A stretch of 64,000 bases of DNA from an uncultured virus (IMG/VR IMGVR_UViG_3300044731_001157) (lineage: Duplodnaviria > Heunggongvirae > Uroviricota > Caudoviricetes). The notes beneath the pieces were generated by a model. The model did not search any database. It saw nothing but the letters and a program-made list of their open reading frames with translations, and was not told the origin of the DNA. A program made the position numbers and the translations under genes. Shown in pieces: positions 19,975 to 28,430 of the stretch (the first letter of the stretch is position 1; every line of letters starts with the position of its first letter). The DNA is taken from IMG/VR virus record IMGVR_UViG_3300044731_001157; one strand, 5' to 3'.

Positions 19975-20106
19975 TTATAACGTTTGGTGGCTACACGATG
20001 TTGCCAAAAGTAATCGAAAACATTCGATTAAACAACCAATAAAACAAGTACAAAAACAACATTAAATAACTCCCGAAGTGGCAATATTGTGTAGCCACTG
20101 TTATCA
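19975..20106 (+). mobile_element. attC-like recombination site
   Basis: ttataac core; arms 19986-20006 and 20079-20099 pair fully with three G-T; internal hairpin taatcgaa/ttcgatta; gttatca core. Confidence 0.75.
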
Positions 20107-20132
20107 CTTCGGCTTAATTCACATAAAATAAA

Positions 20133-20504
20133 ATGGAAAATAATTTAGACAACGCAAAGAAATTTTTAGTAGATAATAATTTTGAAGTTTTTTCAGAAGG
20201 TTTTAAAAATGTAGTTGGAAAAACTATGAGAGATTATGCTGAAATTATTTCTAAAAGCCAAGAAGAAAAAAAATATAAATGGATAGAAATAAAAACAAAA
20301 GAAGATTTACCTAATGAATCTAATGATGTTGAATTTTTTGTTGTAATAAACGGAGTAGTAACCACGAGAGTATTTTATAATGGAAAATTTGTAAATGACT
20401 ATCAATTAGATATTGAGGAATATGATGATTTACCAACGCAACCAACTCACTATCAAAAAATAGTTAAGCCAATTTTTTTACAAAGTTACTCAAAAGCTGA
20501 ATGA
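20133..20504 (+). CDS. DUF551-like hypothetical protein in second cassette
   Basis: KWIEIK...DLP...PTHYQ; ends in agctgaatgataac, complementary to upstream gttatcacttcggct. Confidence 0.65.
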   Translation: MENNLDNAKKFLVDNNFEVFSEGFKNVVGKTMRDYAEIISKSQEEKKYKWIEIKTKEDLPNESNDVEFFVVINGVVTTRVFYNGKFVNDYQLDIEEYDDLPTQPTHYQKIVKPIFLQSYSKAE

Positions 20505-20517
20505 TAACAATTAAATA

Positions 20518-20832
20518 ATGGAACAAGAAAAAATACAAGAAGTAGTAGATTCCTTTAGAACTCTTGATGATATTTATATTGAAATAGAAAAAGGTAATTT
20601 AAGTGTGTTAAGTAGGCAAATGGGTACTAATAAATACCCACAAATAAGATGGTTAATTAATTATTTTTTAGAGATAGAAGATTATCGTAAAATAGTTTTT
20701 TTGAAAAAATTAAAACTACCTAAAGTAGATGAAGAAAGAATAAAATTAGAAAAAGAATATTTAAAAAAGCCTTATTATAAAGGCATTGTAGATGATTATA
20801 AAAAAGATTTAATAGAACTAAATAAAAAATAA
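20518..20832 (+). CDS. Hypothetical protein
   Basis: Packed ORF. Confidence 0.55.
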   Translation: MEQEKIQEVVDSFRTLDDIYIEIEKGNLSVLSRQMGTNKYPQIRWLINYFLEIEDYRKIVFLKKLKLPKVDEERIKLEKEYLKKPYYKGIVDDYKKDLIELNKK

Positions 20833-20835
20833 CAC

Positions 20836-21072
20836 ATGAAAAACGCATTTTATTTCACGTTAGGAATTGCATTAATAGTCCTAACTTCCGCAACAACAGT
20901 TAGTGTAATGACTGTAAAACCTGCAAAACCTAAATCTGTATCAGTAGGTGTTTTAAGGTCGAAAGAAGTTAAAGATTTTACTTATCAATATGTAAAAAAG
21001 GGATTTCAAATAAAAACTATTACCGCTTCAAACGATTATGGAGTTATTGTTGTCGTAATGGAAAAATATTAA
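20836..21072 (+). CDS. Small exported/membrane protein
   Basis: N-terminal hydrophobic segment. Confidence 0.6.
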   Translation: MKNAFYFTLGIALIVLTSATTVSVMTVKPAKPKSVSVGVLRSKEVKDFTYQYVKKGFQIKTITASNDYGVIVVVMEKY

Positions 21073-21081
21073 ATTAAAAAA

Positions 21082-21339
21082 ATGTCGCATAAAAAAAAGT
21101 CAGAAAGAAAATTAGAATTAGATAAGATAGTGGATATTTTATCCAAAATAAAAGATGATGATTTTTATTTTAAAGCTTATGCAAAAGATATAATTAATAG
21201 TTATATTAAGCAAGAATTTAAAAAAGCTTATAGTATTGAGGAAGTAATAGGTATTTTAGAAATATTTCGTTATGATATTGAACAAGGAAATGATTCGGAA
21301 AATATTCAAGAATGGTTTAAAAAATACATAAAACAATAA
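21082..21339 (+). CDS. Hypothetical protein (YS.EEV...WF family)
   Basis: C-terminal similarity to 3708/17064. Confidence 0.55.
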   Translation: MSHKKKSERKLELDKIVDILSKIKDDDFYFKAYAKDIINSYIKQEFKKAYSIEEVIGILEIFRYDIEQGNDSENIQEWFKKYIKQ

Positions 21340-21344
21340 TAAAA

Positions 21345-22628
21345 ATGAAAGTAGTACACAGTCCAAGAACAAAAAAAGCCGACAAAGTAGTTAATTTACT
21401 TTTTTACGGAGATTTTAATTGCACAACTGGTTTCGGTAATGTATCGAAACAACTTATTAATAGTTGGAGCAAAAATAAAAATTTCAATATCACAATATTG
21501 GCAATTAATGATTCATCTGAAAAACCATATAATTACAAAGACAACGTAATGGTATTACCTTGTTTGGCGATTGATGAAAAAAAAGATGGTTATGCCAGAT
21601 TAGAACTTTTGAGAATTTTATATTCACACGATTTTGATGTTTTTTTCGCATTAAACGACATTGAAGTTTTAAACTCAATAAGAGAGCAATTGACAAACGT
21701 GAAAAAAGAGCGTGTTAAAGCCAACAAAAAGAAAACCAAGTATGTTTTATATACTCCAATAGATAGTGAGCCAATACAAAGCGATTGTGTTGTTCTTAAT
21801 TTGTTCGATGAAATAATTACATATACTGAATATGCAAAGGCAGTTCTAAAACCACTTATATCAGAATCTATTTGGAAAAAGATTAAAGTTATTCCACATG
21901 GAATAGATACCGAAGTGTTTTACCCTATTGAAAATAATGACGAAATTAGTGAAACCAAAAAACAAATTTTTGGTCGAGATGACGTTTTTGTGTTTGGTAG
22001 CGTGAATCGTAATTCCGCAAGAAAGGATATGGCAACGCTTATGATTGGTTTTGCTATGTTTAAACATACCAGTCAAGCCGATGCAGTTTTGTACCTACAT
22101 TGTAATCCAAAAGACAGAATGGGTATAGATTGTTTTAGATTATCTGAAAGGTTAGGTTTGGAATTAGGTAAAGATATATTTTTTCCTCACTCAAGTAGTT
22201 TTGATGAAAATAATGAAATTTCCGAATCCGAATTAAATAAAATATATAACACTTTTAATTGTTTTATTACAACTACAACAGCTGAAGGTTGGGGTCTTAC
22301 AATTTGCGAAGCTATGGCAACTAAAAAGCTTGTAGTAGCTCCAAAACATACTTCTATCACTGAAATTACAGATAATGGGAATAATGCTTTTACTTTTAAG
22401 TTTATGCAAAGAGCAGTATTCGTAAATGATGCTGAAAAAATTAGATTTATATCTAATCCAGAAGAAGTAGCTCAAGTATGTGGTATTGTTTACAACTTGA
22501 AAAATGAAACAGATGAAGTTTTATCTCAAGTAGATGCTATTGTTCTAAAAGCTTACAACCATGTTACAAAATGGAACTGGAAAGATATTACTAAAAAGTT
22601 TGAACAAATAATTATAAAACTTATCTAA
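21345..22628 (+). CDS. GT4 (GT-B) glycosyltransferase
   Basis: TGFGNV, IPHGIDT.VF, VNRNSARKD, EGWGLTICEAMA. Confidence 0.9.
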   Translation: MKVVHSPRTKKADKVVNLLFYGDFNCTTGFGNVSKQLINSWSKNKNFNITILAINDSSEKPYNYKDNVMVLPCLAIDEKKDGYARLELLRILYSHDFDVFFALNDIEVLNSIREQLTNVKKERVKANKKKTKYVLYTPIDSEPIQSDCVVLNLFDEIITYTEYAKAVLKPLISESIWKKIKVIPHGIDTEVFYPIENNDEISETKKQIFGRDDVFVFGSVNRNSARKDMATLMIGFAMFKHTSQADAVLYLHCNPKDRMGIDCFRLSERLGLELGKDIFFPHSSSFDENNEISESELNKIYNTFNCFITTTTAEGWGLTICEAMATKKLVVAPKHTSITEITDNGNNAFTFKFMQRAVFVNDAEKIRFISNPEEVAQVCGIVYNLKNETDEVLSQVDAIVLKAYNHVTKWNWKDITKKFEQIIIKLI

Positions 22629-22630
22629 AA

Positions 22631-23044
22631 ATGTCTGATGTTACTTTATTAAGAAAACTAACAAGAAAATCGGTTCTTAAATTTGGACAATATTCAGATT
22701 TATCAGTTCAAGAAATGATAAACCTTCAAAAGCATAAATATTTAAGATGGGTTTATTTTAATTGTTCTAATATAGATTTTATGGAAGATGTTTTAGATGA
22801 AATAAAAATCCCTTCAGATTTTAGAATACCTAAACCAAGTAAAAAGCCAGAATTACATTTTGAATTAAATAAATTTATATTCGATAGTTGTAGTGAAGAT
22901 TTTCAAAAAATAATTTTGAAAAAAACAAAAAAAATAGCTAAAAAAACAGTTAAGGCTATATCAATTTGTAAAATTAAACAACATGAAGGAAATTATAAAA
23001 AAGATTATTTGAGAAGAAAAAATCAAGGTAATAAGTTGTCTTAA
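22631..23044 (+). CDS. Hypothetical protein with ExoX-C/DUF3820-like motif
   Basis: LKFGQY...YLRWV. Confidence 0.55.
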   Translation: MSDVTLLRKLTRKSVLKFGQYSDLSVQEMINLQKHKYLRWVYFNCSNIDFMEDVLDEIKIPSDFRIPKPSKKPELHFELNKFIFDSCSEDFQKIILKKTKKIAKKTVKAISICKIKQHEGNYKKDYLRRKNQGNKLS

Positions 23045-23060
23045 TAAAAAAAATAATAAC

Positions 23061-23170
23061 TACATTTGTCAAGTAGTTACCACTCGACAATTTGTAACTT
23101 AAAAATATTGGCTCTTACAATGAAGAACGAGGTCGAGTGCGTTTGGATTTGTAGGAGCTTTACTTTTTTA
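23061..23170 (+). promoter_or_regulatory. Promoter plus two-hairpin kissing-loop leader RNA upstream of HNH gene
   Basis: TACATTTG; hairpin agttac/gtaact with loop cactcgac; hairpin gctcttacaa/ttgtaggagc with loop gtcgagtg; followed by U-rich tract. Confidence 0.65.
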
Positions 23171-23177
23171 TAAAATT

Positions 23178-23684
23178 ATGGAAGAAATTTGGAAAGATAT
23201 TGCTGGTTTTGAAGGATTATACCAAGTGTCAAATTTAGGTAATGTTAAGCGGTTTTTTTATAAAATGGCTTTAAAAGAAAATTTAATTGGTAAAAGTATT
23301 GATAGATATGGATATGTAAAAAGAATTTTATCTAAAAAAGGTAAAGGTTATAATTTTACTGAACACAGATTAGTTGCTTTAGCTTTTATTGATAATCCAG
23401 AAAATAAAGCAACAATTAATCACAAAAACGGAATTAAAACCGATAATAGAGTTGAAAATTTAGAATGGTGTACAAATCAAGAAAACATGAGGCATGCTAT
23501 TGAAACTGGTTTAAAAGACCATAAAGGAATTAAGCATCATAAGTGTAAACTAACTGAAGAACAAGTTTTAGAAATAAGGAAAATAGGTTTTTCTGAAACA
23601 AGGACTTCATTGTCTAAAAAATATGGTGTAAGTAGAAACAATATTTTAGGAATTATAAGAGGTAATTTTTGGAAACATATTTAA
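23178..23684 (+). CDS. NUMOD4-HNH homing endonuclease
   Basis: EIWKDIAGFEGLYQVSNLG, HRLVA, INHKNGIKTDNRVENLEW. Confidence 0.92.
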   Translation: MEEIWKDIAGFEGLYQVSNLGNVKRFFYKMALKENLIGKSIDRYGYVKRILSKKGKGYNFTEHRLVALAFIDNPENKATINHKNGIKTDNRVENLEWCTNQENMRHAIETGLKDHKGIKHHKCKLTEEQVLEIRKIGFSETRTSLSKKYGVSRNNILGIIRGNFWKHI

Positions 23685-23685
23685 T

Positions 23686-23717
23686 AAAAAACCCACCAAT
23701 TAGGTGGGTATTTTTTT
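23686..23717. terminator. Bidirectional intrinsic terminator
   Basis: A-run, acccacc/ggtgggt stem, T-run, between convergent genes. Confidence 0.8.
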
Positions 23718-23731
23718 GTTTAAAAGAGTAA

Positions 23732-23848
23732 TTATTTTTTTACTACTTTGTAAACTAAAAAAGCTAACAAGCTGATTGTCAACGTATTATGTACGTTAAC
23801 ACCGCCAAGCCAATTAGCACTTTTGATGTCGAAAAATCCTGCACCCAT
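23732..23848 (-). CDS. 38-aa membrane microprotein (not in ORF track)
   Basis: MGAGFFDIKSANWLGGVNVHNTLTISLLAFLVYKVVKK; own TACATTTG promoter (23884-23891, minus) and terminator. Confidence 0.7.
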   Translation of the reverse strand: MGAGFFDIKSANWLGGVNVHNTLTISLLAFLVYKVVKK

Positions 23849-24003
23849 GATTAAAAATTTTAAGTTAATAAATTTATTAGAAACAAATGTAGTAAAAAAA
23901 TATTAAATGCCTACATTTGAATAAATTATGTTACATATTATAAATAATATGATTTTTAGATTACAATAGAATTTTATACATTTGAAAAAAATATTGATGT
24001 TTC

Positions 24004-24621
24004 ATGAAAAAAGAGTTATTAGCACCAAATGGTAAGCCGAGCAATTTGACTGCTGAACAATATAAATTAGTCCGCACACCAGAATTTAAAAAATGGTTTG
24101 GGGATTGGGAAAACGACCCAAAAAACGCAAGCAAGGTTGTAGATGAAAACGGAGAGCCTTTGGTGGTTTATCATGGTACTAATCTATATTTTAATTCTTT
24201 TAATGAAAATTATAAAGCACATTATTTTTCTGTTGACAAAAAATATGCTGATTTTGTTATTGACAATTATAGAGGTAGAAATAAATTTTCAAAAATTATA
24301 GACTGTTTTTTAAATATTAGAAAACTTCAAAATGTTAAATTTCCAATAGAAAAAAGTACAATAGCGACTTATTTAAACGACCATAAGTTTTTAAAGCAAA
24401 TGGATGGTGGAATATATGGTTTTGATGATATTGATGAGAAAGAAATTAATAAAATAAAAGGTATTGACACAAGAGTTTATGTTGTTCTAAATCCAAACCA
24501 AATAAAACTTGCAGATGGCACTAACACTACATTTGATTCAAAAAGTAACGATATAAGATATAATAAAGGCGGTATTACAGAAAGTAGTACGCCAGACTAT
24601 TTAAAATTTTTAATAGGGTAA
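24004..24621 (+). CDS. ADP-ribosyltransferase-like (ART-PolyVal-type) protein
   Basis: FKKWFGDW, SKVVDENGEPLVVYHGT, YFS, FLNIR, PNQIK. Confidence 0.65.
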   Translation: MKKELLAPNGKPSNLTAEQYKLVRTPEFKKWFGDWENDPKNASKVVDENGEPLVVYHGTNLYFNSFNENYKAHYFSVDKKYADFVIDNYRGRNKFSKIIDCFLNIRKLQNVKFPIEKSTIATYLNDHKFLKQMDGGIYGFDDIDEKEINKIKGIDTRVYVVLNPNQIKLADGTNTTFDSKSNDIRYNKGGITESSTPDYLKFLIG

Positions 24622-24622
24622 A

Positions 24623-25249
24623 ATGAAAAAAGAGTTATTAGCACCAAATGGTAAGCCAAGTGGTTTATATTTTACTGAAATATATAATCTTGTAAGAACA
24701 AAAGAGTTTAAACAATGGTTTGGCGATTGGGAAGAAGCATATAAAACTAAAGATTACTATGGAGTTTCAAAAATAATTGATGAAAATGGAGAGCCATTAA
24801 TTTGTGTGCATAATAGTCCAAATGAATTTTTTGAATTTGACGAATATAGAATCGGAAGTACGACAGATGGTGGTTTTTATGGAAAAGGATTTTATTTTAC
24901 GCCAAATGTAGGTCAAGATAGGTATGGGGAATTTGAATATAATTGTTTTTTAAATATAAAAAATCCTTATTTTAAAGAATCTTCATACAGAAATTATGAA
25001 TTAAAATCAGATGATTTAAAAGACGAAGGTTATGATGGAGTAGTTGTTTATCCTAATTGGGAAAAGGATTTTAATTTTGAACAAGGAGTTGATAGGGCGG
25101 AAGAAATTGTGGCATATTATTCAGAACAAATTAAGTTGGGAGATGGAACGAATACAACTTTTGATTCAGATAATTATGATATAAGATATAATAAAGGTGG
25201 TATTACAGAAAGTGGTACGCCAGATTATTTAAAATTTTTAATAGGGTAA
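24623..25249 (+). CDS. ART-PolyVal-type protein, paralogue
   Basis: DENGEPL..VH, GFYFT, FLNIKNP, GYDGV, EEIVAY; ends nearly identical to 24004. Confidence 0.65.
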   Translation: MKKELLAPNGKPSGLYFTEIYNLVRTKEFKQWFGDWEEAYKTKDYYGVSKIIDENGEPLICVHNSPNEFFEFDEYRIGSTTDGGFYGKGFYFTPNVGQDRYGEFEYNCFLNIKNPYFKESSYRNYELKSDDLKDEGYDGVVVYPNWEKDFNFEQGVDRAEEIVAYYSEQIKLGDGTNTTFDSDNYDIRYNKGGITESGTPDYLKFLIG

Positions 25250-25250
25250 A

Positions 25251-28200
25251 ATGAAAAAAGATACACTTACATTAGAAAAAGCAAAAAAATCTCCAGCAGG
25301 CGGTGTTTTAGTTGGCAAAAGAGAAGGTCAAACTATGATTTACGATGATGCAACAGTTGGCGGTTATTTTGTTGGTAAATTACATAAAGAGGGTGGAATA
25401 CAAGGAATTAATAAAACTACTGGGCAACCAATAGAAGTACAATCTTCTGAAGTTATTATTACTGCACCAGCGGTAGCCGACCAAACCAAAAGAGAGTTTC
25501 AAGGGGAAATGTTAACCAATAGAGAGATATTGTCTAAAATCAATGTTTCTGGAGGTGGAGTTTCTCTTGAACAAGGTGGAGATATTCCAAGCGAAATTTA
25601 TTTTAATGGTACTTCATACAATTATGGTGGCAACACTATGACTGATTACGAAATAATGCAAAAGATGAATGAATGTGGTTGTGAGCATGAATATAAAGTC
25701 GGTGGTAATTTATACCCTTATAAAAGTAAAATTGCTGATTTAAAAAGAGAAAACAAAAGTACTTATCCAAAAGTACCAACTAACAAGATTTTCTTTAACC
25801 AAGTTGAAGTATTGCCAGCAAGTGTAGTTTCTACTGCCGACCCTTATTTAGAAGATGAAACTAAATTACCAACTGAATCGGTGGATTTAAAAAGCATAGT
25901 TCCTACTCAAAGAACAGTGACTATTCCAAATATTGAATCTACAAAAGAAGTTGAATTATACCCTATTTTGTTTAAGCTAAACGATAGATATTACGTTTTA
26001 GATGGACACCATAGGATTACTAATGCAATTCTAAAAGACGAAAAAGAAGTTATGTCATACGTTTATGATTATAAGGCTCAAAATTCAGATAAGTTTAATA
26101 ATGGAGGTCAATTGGATTTAGTTGATGAATCTAAAAAAGGCGACCACCCATCAAGGGATTTGAATAACTACAATGATGTTTTAGATATGGAAGCCGATGG
26201 AGTAGTAGGTGTGGAAAACGGACTTGCTTTTGATAATGGTGGTTTTATGGCTGATGTTTATGCAGGTGGCGGACAAACTTTAAGTGCTGAAGTATTCGAG
26301 TGGGATAAAGTGCCTACAAATTATCGTAACATAAGCAAAGTAAAAAAAGTTCCTTTTACTAATAATCCAATGGACAAAGGATTAGATAGTATTATTGCTC
26401 CTTTTTTGGGTAAAGACGAGTTAAGACCAGTTGGAATGGGTATTAATTTCGATAAAAATGGTATTACGGCTACTGATTTTCATAAGTTAATTACTTTACC
26501 TTATCCAAATGAAAAATACGAAGGGATTTATGATGTAAACCGAGTAAAAAAAATAAAAGCAGACCAACCAATTTTAATTGATGGTAATTATCCAAATTAT
26601 GAAGCGATTATACCAAAATCTAATGTAATTAAACCTTACGAAATTGATGTTTACAAATTATTGCAATACACTAAAACTGCAATGAATTATGCAAACAAAA
26701 CAACATACGCTATTGCTTTTAAATATGGAGATAATCAGAGAATTGGTTTTAATGGTAAATTATTGGTAGAAGTTTTAACTACTGCATTAAAATTAGGTCA
26801 TGAAAAATTGTATGCTTTCATTACACAACCAAATAGAGCAATTGTTTTAAGTCCGAATAAAAACTATGAATTAGGAAGTGATGAAATATTACTTATTATG
26901 CCAGTAATGTTAGAAGTAAATGGAGTGTCTTACATAGAAAAATACGGAACTAATGACCCAGACTATAACAGAAGTTTAAAAGCATATTTCGACTTCAACG
27001 ACAGCGAAATTCATAATGCAGATGGTTCGGTAGCTGAATTTAAAATTCAATACGAAAACAACCTTTCAGTAGATGATAAATATTTGGCTTTATTGTCTAA
27101 AATTACAAGTAAATATAATAAACTTCCTATTTGTGATTATGCAAAAGTAGAAGATGGTAAAATGACTGCAACCGATTTGGATATATCTTTAATCATTAAA
27201 GATGTTAATATGCCAAATGGTATTTACGAAATTGTAAATAAAGCACCAAATATTACCATGTACCCTATTGAGGATTTTCCAAAAGAAAGGGTTTTTAAAT
27301 CAAATGAAGTTTTTGTAAATCATAATGGTAGTAAACTTGTTGCTTTTGAATTTGTAACTTTTAGCGAAGTATTTGAGTTCTATTTAGACAAATTATTATT
27401 GTCGGTTGGTAAAGATGATTTAAGACCAGTAATGTCTGGAATTTGTATTAAGAAAACAATTAATAATGAATTGTTTTTAGTTACTACAAATGCTCATACA
27501 CTTTGCAAAATTAACATTACAGATTTTTGTGATTTTGATAAAGACGATAGAGAATTAGAATATATTTTACCAACTAAATACTTAAAAGATTTTATTAAGT
27601 TGGCAGACGGTTCGCTACATTTTAAATGTAACTTGACAAATGTTTTTATTGAAGCAGATAATTTAGAATATATTGCAAGAGCAATAGATGGTAAATATCC
27701 AAACTATGAAGCGGTTATTCCGAAGCAAAATGATAAAATGATAGTATTTGACCATGCACAAATGAATAAGTGCTTAAAATCAAAAGAATATCAAGATTTA
27801 ATTGCTAAATACAAAGGGCAAAAAGATATTTATTTCAATTTGTATAATGTTGAAAATAAATTATTTGTTGCGGTTAACGAAAGCAAAGGCTATAACAAAC
27901 CTTCAAATACGTTAGAAGAATTAGAATTATGCAATATTGATTTTAATTTTAGAGAGGTTGAAAAAACTTTTTCTCAATCGGATTCTTTGTTTTTGTCAAT
28001 GAATATAATGCACACAGCAAAAGAAAATCAATATTTCTTTGTTAATAGCGATTTATTTAAAGTTATGCTTGACACGATAACCGATACTGAAGTAGAATGT
28101 TATTTTACCGAGCCGAGTAAACCATTGTTGTTCCCAATAGATGCAATTGACTATAAAAAGACTTTGCCAGAGGAGAAAACAAAGCAACAACCTAAAAAGG

Positions 28201-28424
28201 TAGCTAAAGCGAAAAAAGAAGCTGTAAACGTAGAAAGAGAACAAGTTAGAGAAGCTATTGAAACTTTATTGATGTTGGCTGAAATTGAAGAAAACGAGGA
28301 GCAAAGAAAAGAAATTTATGAAGCATTAGAAATTTTAAATATGCTTAAAGAAGATAGTTATGAGTATGGTGGTGCGTTAGGAAAAAAACTAACTTTTGAA
28401 CCAATTAGAACGCCTTTAAATTAA
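25251..28424 (+). CDS. Large modular protein with ParB-like and DNA sliding (beta) clamp-like domains
   Basis: YVLDGHHR (ParB/Srx); two copies of D.LRPV..GI and IDG.YPNYEA.IP, plus GFNGK.L, IMPV, ATDLDI (DnaN-like). Confidence 0.7.
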   Translation: MKKDTLTLEKAKKSPAGGVLVGKREGQTMIYDDATVGGYFVGKLHKEGGIQGINKTTGQPIEVQSSEVIITAPAVADQTKREFQGEMLTNREILSKINVSGGGVSLEQGGDIPSEIYFNGTSYNYGGNTMTDYEIMQKMNECGCEHEYKVGGNLYPYKSKIADLKRENKSTYPKVPTNKIFFNQVEVLPASVVSTADPYLEDETKLPTESVDLKSIVPTQRTVTIPNIESTKEVELYPILFKLNDRYYVLDGHHRITNAILKDEKEVMSYVYDYKAQNSDKFNNGGQLDLVDESKKGDHPSRDLNNYNDVLDMEADGVVGVENGLAFDNGGFMADVYAGGGQTLSAEVFEWDKVPTNYRNISKVKKVPFTNNPMDKGLDSIIAPFLGKDELRPVGMGINFDKNGITATDFHKLITLPYPNEKYEGIYDVNRVKKIKADQPILIDGNYPNYEAIIPKSNVIKPYEIDVYKLLQYTKTAMNYANKTTYAIAFKYGDNQRIGFNGKLLVEVLTTALKLGHEKLYAFITQPNRAIVLSPNKNYELGSDEILLIMPVMLEVNGVSYIEKYGTNDPDYNRSLKAYFDFNDSEIHNADGSVAEFKIQYENNLSVDDKYLALLSKITSKYNKLPICDYAKVEDGKMTATDLDISLIIKDVNMPNGIYEIVNKAPNITMYPIEDFPKERVFKSNEVFVNHNGSKLVAFEFVTFSEVFEFYLDKLLLSVGKDDLRPVMSGICIKKTINNELFLVTTNAHTLCKINITDFCDFDKDDRELEYILPTKYLKDFIKLADGSLHFKCNLTNVFIEADNLEYIARAIDGKYPNYEAVIPKQNDKMIVFDHAQMNKCLKSKEYQDLIAKYKGQKDIYFNLYNVENKLFVAVNESKGYNKPSNTLEELELCNIDFNFREVEKTFSQSDSLFLSMNIMHTAKENQYFFVNSDLFKVMLDTITDTEVECYFTEPSKPLLFPIDAIDYKKTLPEEKTKQQPKKVAKAKKEAVNVEREQVREAIETLLMLAEIEENEEQRKEIYEALEILNMLKEDSYEYGGALGKKLTFEPIRTPLN

Positions 28425-28430
28425 TAAATA

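Noticed and set aside
16325..23684. Group I introns or IscB/HEARO systems around the HNH genes
   Set aside because: Flanking genes appear intact, leaders are only about 100 nt, and the proteins lack RuvC motifs
24004..25249. Diversity-generating retroelement behind the paralogous pair
   Set aside because: No reverse transcriptase seen; differences are not adenine-specific and the ends are the conserved part
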